From positions 5,536,001 through 5,600,000 of the forward strand of contig OZ244960.1 in the NCBI GenBank assembly GCA_965222605.1: a DNA stretch of 64,000 bases. The letters are read 5' to 3'. The notes below the pieces were generated by a model. That model had not been told where the DNA came from and ran no database searches. It was given only the letters and a program-made list of their open reading frames with translations. Every line of letters starts with the position of its first letter. The first letter of the stretch is position 1. This stretch comes from Candidatus Latescibacterota bacterium (GTDB lineage Bacteria > Latescibacterota > UBA2968). A program made the position numbers and the translations under genes. Below, piece after piece: positions 1-10,486 of this stretch.

Positions 1-665
1 GCATTCCAGGCCCGATAATGTTCCGCCGCCGTAGCGCCGTCATCATACTTGAGATCCTTGTATTCGGGCCGATCCTTCGCGATCTTGGCAAACTGCCAGC
101 ATACCGTAAAACTCATGGCGTGATGATTCTCTGATAGGTAGATGTGCCAGGTTTTAGATTTCTCGTATTCCGCCTTATCAAGTCTGGAAACCTTCCTGAC
201 GTACTCCCATATCGGCTTGAGAGCGAGGGTTTCGGTCTTTTTGTTGATGCGATTATTATCATCGGTGCCGTACATCTCAATCAGCCGCATGACGATCTCC
301 GCATGCCAGTGAAAACTGTCGCGGTCATTGATGTCCAGGGGGTTGTCGAGATAATGCTGGGCATTTTCGGCAAGTGCGGCATTGGCTTCTTCCAGCATCT
401 CGTTCAGGTAGAGGCAACGTGCGGCAAATCCCACCATGGAATAGGAATAGGCCCGCACATAATTCCCTCGCCCGGGATCGAGGGGCTTCTGTTTCTTTGC
501 CCGCACCAACGGCTTGCCGAATTCAGCGCGAAACATCGCATCCACTCGTTGTTCAAAGCCAGCCACGACCGCTTCGGGGGTTAAATTTTTCTTCACTGAT
601 TCCGCTCCTTGTGTCTGCCCAGTTATAAGTATAACGACCAGCATTATGCGGTTGATGACTCGCAT
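1..665 (-). CDS. Secreted hypothetical protein, runs off the window start; paralog of 1030-3129
   Basis: Own translation (absent from the ORF track): MRVINRIMLVVILITGQTQGA signal-like start, then ...TWHIYLSENHHAM...AEHYRAWN, matching TWWIAGSENHDL...ADHYNAW of 1030-3129. Confidence 0.8.
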   Translation of the reverse strand, partial: MRVINRIMLVVILITGQTQGAESVKKNLTPEAVVAGFEQRVDAMFRAEFGKPLVRAKKQKPLDPGRGNYVRAYSYSMVGFAARCLYLNEMLEEANAALAENAQHYLDNPLDINDRDSFHWHAEIVMRLIEMYGTDDNNRINKKTETLALKPIWEYVRKVSRLDKAEYEKSKTWHIYLSENHHAMSFTVCWQFAKIAKDRPEYKDLKYDDGATAAEHYRAWN

Positions 666-680
666 TATAAAAACACTCTG

Positions 681-995
681 TTAATCCTGGTGAAAAACTT
701 CCTGTAGCGGTATGCAGACCGGCGAGTTGTCGGGGTTGGTATCCATGATATCGGCCATGTAGGCCCACCACTTCTTGACGATTGCGGTCTCCGGCAACTC
801 ATCTGCAGTATTGTCGTCGGCCAGCTTCTGCACGGCAAAGAGTGTCAGCGTCTCCTCATCGAGAAAAATTGAATAGTCCGAGACGCCAGCTTTGCCCAAT
901 TCTTCAGCCAGCTCCGGCCAAATTTCGTCGTGGCGCTTTTTGTACTCGGCCTCGTAACCGGGCTTCAACTGCATCTTGAAAGCATTGCGTTGCAT
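681..995 (-). CDS. rhaM: L-rhamnose mutarotase
   Basis: 104 aa, EYKKRHDEIWPEL...YSIFLD...KWWAYMADIM..NPDNSP signature; AGGAG RBS. Confidence 0.95.
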   Translation of the reverse strand: MQRNAFKMQLKPGYEAEYKKRHDEIWPELAEELGKAGVSDYSIFLDEETLTLFAVQKLADDNTADELPETAIVKKWWAYMADIMDTNPDNSPVCIPLQEVFHQD

Positions 996-1029
996 GATAT
1001 TTTGCTCCTAACTTCGAGGATGAAGGGTT

Positions 1030-3129
1030 TTAGCATTCGTCCCTTGAATTGTTGTTAAAGTCGAGGTTGAGTTTGTAATCACCTTTGCAAATTTCAATCT
1101 GGCCGCTATCATAATTGGATTGGATATAAGGGCTGTCGAAAACTTTCGGGTGCTCATAATCGACATACTCGCCACCAATTGTAGGCACATCGCTTGTATT
1201 GGCCGCATTAAATACCATTTCTGCCATTTCGGGTGCTGCACTCTTGTAAACAACAACAATGCCTGTTTCTCTTGTTACCACGGTTCTATAGAGTGTGAGT
1301 TCGCCCTGCAAAATCATACGCTTAAAACTTTCCAACGTTGGGTGATCTGCCTTGCGACCTGCTTCTATCAGAATGGGACTATATCTGTTGGTCAGTTGCA
1401 AAATAGTCCGATCGTTATTGAATCTATAACTGTCGTTTCTAAGAACCACATTGCCCCGGTAGCTGTCGGTCCCTTTTGCCCAGGCTTTGGCATCGGCCTC
1501 TGCTTCCAAAAGAATAATCCGTATTGCCACATAGACATTTTTCTTCTCTGCAAATATCCATCCATCTGTTTCATCAATACGATCCCATCCGTTGCTTAAG
1601 AATAACCCGAATTCCCGATCATACCGATTGTCATTGGCTGGATACCAGTCTGGATTGGATTGTGCCCAACGTCTTCTTTGTTGGGTGATCAGCACTTGCT
1701 TATGCTGGACGCTGTGATACACCAATTCCATATCGTAGCCATTTTCACCTTCGCGTTCTCCTTCTGGCGTATCCAGTGCAATGGTTGCCAGACGGGTGTT
1801 GGGATCTTTGGTCACCAGACCTTGCCAGCGTCCGGCGGTTGATAGGTGGTTGTAAAGCGCATAAGGGTGATCCATCTGAGTACCCAGCATATAATCTGGC
1901 GTTACCCAGGTGTATTTGACAAACCGCGATGGCGTATCTCCCATCACGGTGCGCTCCGTGCCCAGTGGACGAGGGCTGGCAGGTTCTTCTTCTCCAATGC
2001 CCCGAGAGAGATATGCAAATGACCCGAGACCTTTTCGATCCAGAGCCAATTCCCATACGATTCTTGGCCAGGCATAGTCGCTTAAGAGTTGTTGCGGATA
2101 GTTGAACGAGGTTTTGCCCTCACCACCCAGATAGAAAATGGCAAGATCTGACATAGAATCGTACCCACCAGCAGTCTTGTGGTGGCGTGTTTTGGGACCA
2201 CCTCGTAAACCTGCAATTTGTAGCTGTGCCCAATCGGCCCACATCAGATCTAAAAACATGCCAATTTTCTTTTTAAGCCCCTCATTACCACAGAAATTGT
2301 AGAGCAGAAGAATATAACTGATGGTGTACTTCATATAGGTTGGCGAACCATTTTCAAGAAAGAAGCCCCGCTTTGCACGCTCAGTGAAATAGTCATTGAG
2401 ATAGGGCAACCAGGCATTGTAATGATCGGCTGCGTTATAAGATTTTCCATCCGCCCAATTTGCGCGCCCACCACCGTGTCGATCACTGCTGCCCTGCCCA
2501 CAATAGCCCGACTCGCCGTATCCGATGCCATCTCCATAACCGAGGTCAGGATAAATGTGGTCAACATACTCGGGTTCATTGGCAAAAATACGCGCACTTA
2601 AAAGATTACAGGCTTTTGTATTCAGATCATGATTCTCACTACCCGCGATCCACCATGTGCTCTTTTTTGCGACAGAAATATCATTTTTGTACCTGGTTCG
2701 CGCCCATAATAAAGCCAGCAAAGTTTGCTCTGTTTCAGGCGTGAGTCGATTTGGCATCTGTGTACTTTTAGACCCAAACCAATTGTAGAATGTAATCAGC
2801 CTTGGATTACGCCACAGGCTGTAGAGACTCTGCCCGGGTTGTATGCCTTTCTCCTCACATTCTGCGAGATTTGCCAGTTCGGTTTGAAAATCTATCGTCA
2901 ATTCTTTGTTGGCTTCGTTTAGATTTTGGTTGAGCCACATCTGATCAAATAGCTGGCGGTCTTTGCCCGAGAAATCTGATTTTGCACCTGCTTCAAAGGC
3001 TTGTTGAATACGTTGTGGGCGCGTTTCCAATTCTTCTGCCATTAATTCGGTGATACGCTTGGCGACGGGTGAATCACCAAATTCCAGAAGGGATCGAAAC
3101 CAACTGTTTTTGGCATCTGCTTCGGGCAT
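1030..3129 (-). CDS. Large hypothetical protein, probably carbohydrate-active (lyase or hydrolase-like)
   Basis: ~700-aa ORF, GGAG RBS before ATG 3129; SENH and ENGSPTY motifs; sits between PL4 and rhaM. Confidence 0.7.
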   Translation of the reverse strand: MPEADAKNSWFRSLLEFGDSPVAKRITELMAEELETRPQRIQQAFEAGAKSDFSGKDRQLFDQMWLNQNLNEANKELTIDFQTELANLAECEEKGIQPGQSLYSLWRNPRLITFYNWFGSKSTQMPNRLTPETEQTLLALLWARTRYKNDISVAKKSTWWIAGSENHDLNTKACNLLSARIFANEPEYVDHIYPDLGYGDGIGYGESGYCGQGSSDRHGGGRANWADGKSYNAADHYNAWLPYLNDYFTERAKRGFFLENGSPTYMKYTISYILLLYNFCGNEGLKKKIGMFLDLMWADWAQLQIAGLRGGPKTRHHKTAGGYDSMSDLAIFYLGGEGKTSFNYPQQLLSDYAWPRIVWELALDRKGLGSFAYLSRGIGEEEPASPRPLGTERTVMGDTPSRFVKYTWVTPDYMLGTQMDHPYALYNHLSTAGRWQGLVTKDPNTRLATIALDTPEGEREGENGYDMELVYHSVQHKQVLITQQRRRWAQSNPDWYPANDNRYDREFGLFLSNGWDRIDETDGWIFAEKKNVYVAIRIILLEAEADAKAWAKGTDSYRGNVVLRNDSYRFNNDRTILQLTNRYSPILIEAGRKADHPTLESFKRMILQGELTLYRTVVTRETGIVVVYKSAAPEMAEMVFNAANTSDVPTIGGEYVDYEHPKVFDSPYIQSNYDSGQIEICKGDYKLNLDFNNNSRDEC

Positions 3130-3130
3130 A

Positions 3131-5068
3131 CTATCTCTCCTCTTCCATTTCCAGTTGCAAATAATCGTAAATAACGCCAAAGTGAGGATAGTTCTGTCGT
3201 TGCCCGCGATGTTGTTTCAGTGGGAGGAGATCGAGCGTCAACACATTCTCCCCTGTACGCAACAGCGACGCATCAAACGCAATAAAGTGCTCACTGAAGC
3301 GCCCGTAGATGCCACTACGAGGAAGCGCACTGTCGTTCTCCAAACCGGTAATCTTATCCAAAGATTTGCCATTGAGGCCGATAGCGATTCCCCCATCGCG
3401 ATTCACCGACGCCAGAGCGATTGCGAGGGTCGCACGCCCGGACATTGGCTTATCATCGTATTGAAATCGAACCCTCCAGGTAGGCAGTCGCCAGTTGCCC
3501 TCTCCAGTCCGATCAGCAGGCTGTATGCGGGGTTGCCATCCACCTTTCTCTTCCCAAATTGCCATATGTGCATAATTCCAGTCGCTTCTCTCTTTACTCT
3601 TGCCGATCGCGAAATCGACGTCCTCGGGAAAATCCTTCTGGTAATTGAACCATAGCCCCCAGTGACGATGGTCATCTCCGTGTCGAAATTCAGCAGCAGT
3701 TCGGTCTGGTTTCCCGACACGCCAGAGCAACTTGCCGAAAGAACGGGGTGACCACTGCAGACTGCCGAGTTTGACTTCGCCGGTTGCGTTGATTAAGACG
3801 TCATCTTTTCTAAACTCACCAATCATGTCAGGTGCAAACGCATAAAGCGTATACCTTCCTTTTCGAACAGCCGGTATTGCAAAGGAACCATCATCCGCCA
3901 TCCTGGCACGGTAGATGTAGTTCTCTGCGCCTTGCTGCTGCCAGTCCAGCCCTCGATATTCTTGGGGCCGCGCCAGAACGACCCATCCATTGCTGTGGTG
4001 TGTTAGACCCGTATCTTTGAATCTTCCCGTAACCACAGCCCTGTTAATCGGGTACTCCGGATGTTCCAGCCAACTGTAGGGCCAGCGCTTTCGATGTTTT
4101 TCACCCTCACGCTTTGCATCATACCACAAATGCTGGGCATCTTCACCTTTGTTCATATAAACAAAAACTGGCCCAAAGATCTTCTCCCATTTACCGCTGA
4201 CGTAATCTCCTCTGCTGCCGTAGTGGTGAGAATAAAGCAGCTTCAGGATGATCGGCCCCCGATCAGTCGCGTGGCTGGTATTATGTTGCTTTGTCGGACC
4301 GCCGCAGAGGTATTCATTGCTCGGTGTGACCATCCACACGCCCTGCTTTCCATTGTGCAAACCGTGTACAAGAGCCTCCTCAGTTGGAGATGACCAGTTA
4401 TACTTTGTATCCACCTCTCCTGATTGAAGCGCATGTGTGGCATCCATCACCATGCCCTTTGCGCTGGATATTGCCTTGCTATCCGGAATCACGCCAGAGA
4501 GCTTTTCATTGACCCTGATATTCACCATCGAATCATTTAAGCGCATCCCAAAACGAAGTTGTGTCAGCACGGCGTCGCCCGTATCCTCGGGTTTGCTGGC
4601 CACAACATAATAATAGAACCCCGAATCACCCGCTCTCAAGACATAATGGAGCTCCATCTTGAACGGGAAACCTTCAGGTTGTTTGGGGGTGAATGAAATG
4701 TCGACCATTTCCGGGTTATTGACGTGGACGTTAAACTCAGGGCTTTGGTCGCGCAAAAATTTCGCCCTTACACTCGACTCTTTGCCCGCCATATAGTTTG
4801 TATCCGAATCATCGACATAACTGGCCAGGATGGTGAAATATCCAAACTGCTTGGGAGCCAGGAGAGAGTCTCCCTGATGCTCCAGCGAGATAATCCGTCC
4901 AGTAGACTTTTGGATCGTCATCGAGACGGAACTGTTCTCAAGGATGATTCTATTGCCAGATTCAACAAGCATCGAAACCTCGGCGAAAATCGGCGTGCTT
5001 ATCATACACTGGATGGATACGAGCAGACTACACGCCGTGAATCTGCCAAACCCAATCTTTTTGAACAT
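3131..5068 (-). CDS. Rhamnogalacturonan lyase-like protein (polysaccharide lyase family 4)
   Basis: Signal peptide; DTKYNWS, EYLCGGPTKQH, HYG, W.KIFGP.FVY.N, G.PDRTAAEF, IYDYLQLE motifs typical of PL4. Confidence 0.85.
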   Translation of the reverse strand: MFKKIGFGRFTACSLLVSIQCMISTPIFAEVSMLVESGNRIILENSSVSMTIQKSTGRIISLEHQGDSLLAPKQFGYFTILASYVDDSDTNYMAGKESSVRAKFLRDQSPEFNVHVNNPEMVDISFTPKQPEGFPFKMELHYVLRAGDSGFYYYVVASKPEDTGDAVLTQLRFGMRLNDSMVNIRVNEKLSGVIPDSKAISSAKGMVMDATHALQSGEVDTKYNWSSPTEEALVHGLHNGKQGVWMVTPSNEYLCGGPTKQHNTSHATDRGPIILKLLYSHHYGSRGDYVSGKWEKIFGPVFVYMNKGEDAQHLWYDAKREGEKHRKRWPYSWLEHPEYPINRAVVTGRFKDTGLTHHSNGWVVLARPQEYRGLDWQQQGAENYIYRARMADDGSFAIPAVRKGRYTLYAFAPDMIGEFRKDDVLINATGEVKLGSLQWSPRSFGKLLWRVGKPDRTAAEFRHGDDHRHWGLWFNYQKDFPEDVDFAIGKSKERSDWNYAHMAIWEEKGGWQPRIQPADRTGEGNWRLPTWRVRFQYDDKPMSGRATLAIALASVNRDGGIAIGLNGKSLDKITGLENDSALPRSGIYGRFSEHFIAFDASLLRTGENVLTLDLLPLKQHRGQRQNYPHFGVIYDYLQLEMEEER

Positions 5069-5169
5069 TTGTCATGGACAGCGTGAACCTGTGAAAACAG
5101 CCTCGCGGCCAAACGTCCTTCTGCCCGTCGTAGTGACGATAAGTAGCAAAATGAATGGATGGGCTCACG

Positions 5170-6096
5170 TTAGGTCGCAACAATTCTCTGATCGGACGCC
5201 CGAGTTTCGCTATCTTCATCCCCAAAAGCTGCGTTCTCTTCGTCGTAATACCTGTTGTATCGTATTTTATTCCCTCCGCTTACCCACACGGCGCGAAACA
5301 GCGTTTGCCGTTTTGGCGGCATTGTAGCAATCACTTCTTTGGGTACGCTGCGACCTCCCCATCTGCTGTTTACAGCATTGTAGAGGTGAAACAAGCTCAA
5401 CCGTTGGCGATTCTTGTTTGTCCACAGAGTACCGGTATGGCATAAAGCTTCTGTGAAGATCAGCGCAGAACCTGCAGGACACGTATATGTATCCCAAATT
5501 TCGCTCTCGCGGTTACTCAATGACTCAGGTCGTTGAAATGCTGCCTTGTGGCTACCGGAAGCCAGCATGGTGCCCCCGTCACCCGGCTTGATCTCATTTA
5601 ATTCCCAAACCACGCGTGTCAATCCTGAATGCACCTTACCCGGAAGCATCTGATAGATGTGTGAATTTCCAATAAGATTGAAATAGCCACTGCCCCCGTG
5701 AGGCTTGAATTGATCGTATCCCGCCTCGCGATAGTCAGTGCGTGTGCGCTCAAACGTAAAGCCATAACACTCCTCGGTTGCCAACTGCAGACTTGAAACA
5801 AGCTCATTTAAAATTCCGACAATCACGGGATGATCCAGCAGCACTTGAGAAGGCCCTCCCACCGGATTTCGTTCTTCCGGCGGAAGCGACTCAGGCTCTT
5901 TAATGAGCTTCATCTGGTGTTCGTGAATCTCTGCCAACTGATCGCCCTCAATCAATCCCGGCAGACAAATCCAGCCCTTCATATCAAACAGGTACTTGTG
6001 CTCTTCGGTCATAGGAATGACCGGGAGTCCATCGGCGTTGGTGGTCGGTAACATTCCTCCCACATCAGACTCCAGATTTGGACGTCCTCGATTCAT
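5170..6096 (-). CDS. Phytanoyl-CoA dioxygenase (PhyH) family protein
   Basis: MTEEHKYLFDMKGW, DGGT...GSHKA, P.GSALIFTEALCH. Confidence 0.85.
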   Translation of the reverse strand: MNRGRPNLESDVGGMLPTTNADGLPVIPMTEEHKYLFDMKGWICLPGLIEGDQLAEIHEHQMKLIKEPESLPPEERNPVGGPSQVLLDHPVIVGILNELVSSLQLATEECYGFTFERTRTDYREAGYDQFKPHGGSGYFNLIGNSHIYQMLPGKVHSGLTRVVWELNEIKPGDGGTMLASGSHKAAFQRPESLSNRESEIWDTYTCPAGSALIFTEALCHTGTLWTNKNRQRLSLFHLYNAVNSRWGGRSVPKEVIATMPPKRQTLFRAVWVSGGNKIRYNRYYDEENAAFGDEDSETRASDQRIVAT

Positions 6097-6151
6097 TGTG
6101 CCTAACTCCTTTCTGTCATTTCGGTTCTCCTGCAGGTTGTCGGGATAAGGC

Positions 6152-6180
6152 AGGTTAATACCTTAATCGCTTGCTGTCAA
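6152..6180 (-). promoter_or_regulatory. Putative sigma70 promoter
   Basis: TTGACA-17 bp-TAACCT upstream of the ATG at 6096. Confidence 0.5.
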
Positions 6181-6293
6181 TCTCTTGTTCAAAAACATGG
6201 TAGTGGACTCGTCAAAAGTCAGTTGGTAGTCAACGCCATCGAGCTTATCTTCAGTACGAAATGAGCCGTCTTCAGCCATTGAGGGGGTCGACT

Positions 6294-8116
6294 ATGGAAG
6301 CGGACACAGAAATCCGCAAACAGCACCAGCGTGATGCGATCCTTCGAGATCGTATGCGGAAGGCATTTGACATGGCGTACGACACGGACGCTGCGCTGAT
6401 CGTCCGCAGGAACCCGTTCTTCCCCCGTTTCAACGGCCACACCGTCGCCCAGCAATCCCTGGACTACGCCATCCTCCTGCTTATGTCCGACGACCGCACC
6501 TACGGGACGGACGATGCTGGTGAGGCCAACCGAATCATTCGCCGAATCCTGGACCATCAGGACTTACGACCGAAGTCCGACACCTTCGGCAATTTCTTCT
6601 GGATGACCCACTGGGATCGGGTCAAAGACAAGAACGCCGTCTCCTTCCTCACGATCGGCCTGGTCTTCACGTACGTCAACTTCCAGGACAAGCTGGAGGA
6701 TAACACGAAGGCTGCGCTCGAGCGCGCCTTTCCAAACGTGTTGCTCGGCATCCGTGGCCACAAAGTCCGATGGCAGTACACCAACATCTACTTTCTCAAC
6801 CTCGGCGGCCTGGTCGGTCTTGCCCGTGTGCTGGGCGATCCATCGATCCACGCCGAAGCGGTGGCCGACTTCAACACCTGGGTCGAAGGCACTTCGGAGG
6901 ATGGCTTCCACGAATTCAACAGCCCGACGTACACACCCGTCACGCTCTCAGGTATGAAGCGGCGTGGGCTTACACGTCAGATGGCGAGTTCAAAGACAGA
7001 CTGCGGCGCACCATGGATTTGATCACCTATCAGATGGCGCTCAACCTGATGCCCGGTGGGTTTCTGGCGGGTGCTGCCGCAAGGGCTTACCAGGGAGACG
7101 CGCTGAACGGTTCAATCGGGGCTGCTTCGTATGCCCACGTTAAATTCGGCACCCCTGCTCCGGCCGAGCCTGCGGCCCTGAAGTCGAGCCTGTTCGACTA
7201 CGTGCCGCCGGAACCTGTTCGGTCCCTGGCGAACGAGATGGCGGACGGGACCGAAATACACGATCGGGGAATCTCGCTGGGTAGTCGGCGAACCCACGTC
7301 ATTACGCAGGCTTACGGGCTGGCATCTCAGAGTTTACAATCTGTGGGCGGTCACTCGCCTCCGTCGTACATCCTGCTGGCCCGGAACAGCAAGGTCCCGC
7401 GACCCAGTATCCCGTTCCTTCCGGACGAATCCTTTACGCATCAGCCGTGCGCCACATTCCTGTCGCGTCAGAACGGCAGTCAGGTGATCGGCAGACTGTC
7501 CTACGATCTGCAAGAGGATCAACGAAGCAAGTTTCTGGACGATCCTACGTTCATTTGCGAACCTCGCGTTCTGTTCGGCCTGAGGGACCAGATCGAGTCC
7601 GTTCGCATCGGCAATGTGGATTGGGGTGGAAAACCTGTGAGCCTTTTGCCAGGGCAATCAGTGGCTGTTTCTTATGGAGACATCTACCTGGGTGTTGTCG
7701 TCCTGCTGCTAGACTGCGACGGTCAAGCGATTCGTAGCCGCGCGACGCTGGCCTATGGCGAAGACGGCGAACTGCGCCTGCGAGTCAGACTCCACGGAGG
7801 AGAGGACGTGCAGCAGGAAGATAACCCACTCGTCGCTCTGCTCTACGTCGAAGTTCAGGTTCCCGAGGAGAGTCATCCGCTTGAGACATTTGCCGACCGG
7901 TTGTCGGGCTGGCAGCTTTCCGATCGGAGCGACGGAGAGACGGTCTCCTTCTTGGCCGAGCACGAAGATGGCGCAACCATCGCCTATCCCTACACCGAGG
8001 CGGAGCCGGATCCGATAGGCGATGCTCTGCACCTATCGCCCGGGCTTGCGCTCCAGCCGGGAGACTTTGTCAAGCTGGTGAACGGGGAGAAGCCTTTGCT
8101 CTTCGACGATCGGTAG
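6294..8116 (+). pseudogene. Frameshifted large hypothetical protein (possible glycan lyase-like fold)
   Basis: ORFs 6261-7022 and 6770-8116 join if one G is restored at ~6956 (GGT ATG [G]AA GCG gives TLSGMEAAWAY); FHEFNSPTY motif. Confidence 0.7.
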
Positions 8117-8227
8117 GACGAGGGAATCAGCGATATTACCCCATCAAAACTGGACAACAAAATCAATCACACGGCAACCGTCGGCAAGTCTCACCTCTGG
8201 AGCCACAAGAAGGTATCTCATTTGCGC

Positions 8228-10462
8228 TCACGCTGAGCAGTCCCCGGCGTCTGTTGTACCGGTATCAAATGCCCATCCGTCCCACATGTTGTCAACGGTC
8301 GCTGGCACATCCTCTCGAAAGTTTCGGGTATCGACCCACCACTGACGGTTTGGTGCTGGTCCATGCGACAGGTTAAAAAATGGCGTCAAACCATCTCGTT
8401 GATACTCACAAGGAACGACGAGACGCACGACAGGTCGATCGCGCTCAGCAGAGCGATTGACACCTCCCCCGTGAATAAGGCGAGGATGCCAGAAAACAAC
8501 GTCCCCTGCTTTGCCGGAAAACTCCACTGGCGTGATCTCTCTCAGCACATTGTCACGGGCTTTGCTATATGGCTCTGCGAGGTCGGGGTCAAGGGGACCG
8601 TAAACAGTACTGTGATACAAGTGACTCATGCAATGTGACCCCGGCCAGATTGTAAAGCCACCACAGTGCGGAGGCACCGGGTCCACAAAAACCATTGCAG
8701 ACAATTGAGCCGCTGTATGGTCTCCATGGGGGCCCAAACGACTTTCTGAATTTGGTGGTTTTGGAAATATACAATAGACCCCGCGCACCCGTTTTGAACG
8801 CTTAACCGGCTCGCCGATAAACAACGAAACCAACTGCCGCATACGTGGGTGGTTGGCGATCTTGTCGACAAAAAAAGGCTCTGTACCAATTTTACGCGAG
8901 CGCATCTTCCATGTGCCGCGCGCAAAGTGCCCTGCCTTTTCGGCATCCGCCTCTGTCCACTGCCCGTGTGGCGCATCGAACCACGTTTGCACATCGTCGC
9001 GTTTGACAATCTCACGCGGCACATTTTCCCACACATAATCCACGATCCGGTCAAACGTCTCCTTCTCTTGCAGAAACCCACGTTTCACAACAAAACCATT
9101 CTCTTTGAAAAACGCGACTTCGGCTTCACTGAGGGTTGGATCTCCGTTCGCAAATTCTGGATCGGGCAAGAGGGTTGGGTCTCCGTTCGCAAATTCTGGA
9201 TCGACCAATACATGGGGATCACGGATGACGACGTCTTCGGAAATTCTGAGCGCGTGTAAACCGCTTCCTTCAAATGGCGGCACCGAAAGATTGTAGATTT
9301 GTTGCGCTTTCTCCTTCTGATTCATGCCTGCCAATTCGGCTTTCACAGGCTCAATATCCATATTTAAATAAAGGTAAGCGGCGAGCCTCATACATCCAAA
9401 TGCGCGCTCCCAAGAAAAGGGTTGAATCTGTGGAAGCGTCCACTCAAGGTCGCCCGTCCAGTAGGGATAAAGCCAATCAAAGGCGCGTCGCATGGATCGC
9501 CCATCGGTAGATTCAAAATTGGCGAGATCAATACCCCACTGTCGGCCAATTTCAGCGAGTTCTAAAAGAAGCTCCAAATTCATACTCGCGTATCCAAGTC
9601 CCTTTGTGCGTGCGAGTTCCAGAGGCTGTTGACCATCTGGCTCAATCTGATCAGCAATCCTTCTTTCTCCCACCCCTTTTAATATCATTCGCGCAAGATC
9701 TGATTGCCCTACAAAAAGCGCGAATGTCACAACCTGAACATCATAAGCACTCGAATGGTTATTGCCATGACGCGCTTCGTCAACCCCATAAGGATGCTTC
9801 AACATCCATTCGAGAAACGCATGAAACCAGGCCTGCAAATCTTCCATATCTTTTTTTGACCAGTTCCTGGAATCGCGCAAAAAACTGACCGCAGGGAGCA
9901 TCTCGCGTGCAAATGCAGCCGTCTCAATAAGCCCGATACCTCGCCCTTCGCATATCCCGGGTATGGCCTGCCCAAACAAAAGGTTTGGGTTCATCCTGGT
10001 TTCAGGATTCATAAACCATGTTCGCAACAACAATGCAGCATGAGCCGCGTAGTCTTCTCGATGTGTAAAACCATACGCAAACCCCAGCGTTTTCACCGTT
10101 GAAATGAATTTTGCCAACAAAGGGCGGTCCGTTTTCTCGACCTCGGGATTGACCTCGCCATCTCGTCGGATATAAGGCAAACCGTCAGGCTTATCGGGGT
10201 CTGGCCACCAGTAAGGCCCAACACTCATGTAATCGTGTTTGTCACCACTGGAAGGCAAGATCGGTTTGTTCACAATGGTCAGCGGTTCCTGCTTCAAAGC
10301 GGCATCCGCTTTCACAAGCAAGGCTTTAAGGGCTTGCCCACACGGGTTATCTTCCTGTTTGCCCAACGAGCGCGCCCGCTTGATGTAATCGGGATCTACT
10401 GTAAATATGGGTTCAGCAGGTGAAAACGCCTTGAGCAGATCAGCTTCTTTGTCTGGATACAT
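8228..10462 (-). CDS. Alginate lyase domain fused to a PhyH dioxygenase domain
   Basis: N-half: DKHDYMS.GPYWWPDP..PDGLPYIRRDG..NP, MNPNL.FGQ, NNH; C-half: FFKENGF, PHGD, GGFTIWPGSH, GDVVFWH. Confidence 0.85.
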   Translation of the reverse strand: MYPDKEADLLKAFSPAEPIFTVDPDYIKRARSLGKQEDNPCGQALKALLVKADAALKQEPLTIVNKPILPSSGDKHDYMSVGPYWWPDPDKPDGLPYIRRDGEVNPEVEKTDRPLLAKFISTVKTLGFAYGFTHREDYAAHAALLLRTWFMNPETRMNPNLLFGQAIPGICEGRGIGLIETAAFAREMLPAVSFLRDSRNWSKKDMEDLQAWFHAFLEWMLKHPYGVDEARHGNNHSSAYDVQVVTFALFVGQSDLARMILKGVGERRIADQIEPDGQQPLELARTKGLGYASMNLELLLELAEIGRQWGIDLANFESTDGRSMRRAFDWLYPYWTGDLEWTLPQIQPFSWERAFGCMRLAAYLYLNMDIEPVKAELAGMNQKEKAQQIYNLSVPPFEGSGLHALRISEDVVIRDPHVLVDPEFANGDPTLLPDPEFANGDPTLSEAEVAFFKENGFVVKRGFLQEKETFDRIVDYVWENVPREIVKRDDVQTWFDAPHGQWTEADAEKAGHFARGTWKMRSRKIGTEPFFVDKIANHPRMRQLVSLFIGEPVKRSKRVRGVYCIFPKPPNSESRLGPHGDHTAAQLSAMVFVDPVPPHCGGFTIWPGSHCMSHLYHSTVYGPLDPDLAEPYSKARDNVLREITPVEFSGKAGDVVFWHPRLIHGGGVNRSAERDRPVVRLVVPCEYQRDGLTPFFNLSHGPAPNRQWWVDTRNFREDVPATVDNMWDGWAFDTGTTDAGDCSA
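9131..9203. repeat. Tandem duplication in the domain linker (34-bp unit, 39-bp period)
   Basis: gagggttgg(a/g)tctccgttcgcaaattctggatcg at 9131 and 9170; encodes DPEFANGDPTL twice. Confidence 0.9.
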
Positions 10463-10486
10463 GTGAATGCTCCTGTTTTAAGTTGG

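Noticed and set aside
144-584. Plus-strand ORF 144-584 and similar long shadow ORFs (17304-18188, 20422-21363, 59312-60034)
   Set aside because: They are antisense to well-supported genes and have no motifs.
622-635. Palindrome gttataagtataac as an attC remnant
   Set aside because: It lies inside the signal-peptide coding region of the 1-665 gene.
5169-6106. PhyH gene bounded by GTTAGGC and ACCTAAC as a cassette
   Set aside because: The RBS lies upstream of the GTT and no hairpin follows the stop; may be chance.
6940-6965. Programmed frameshift in 6294-8116
   Set aside because: No slippery run; a single lost G (mutation or sequencing error) explains it.
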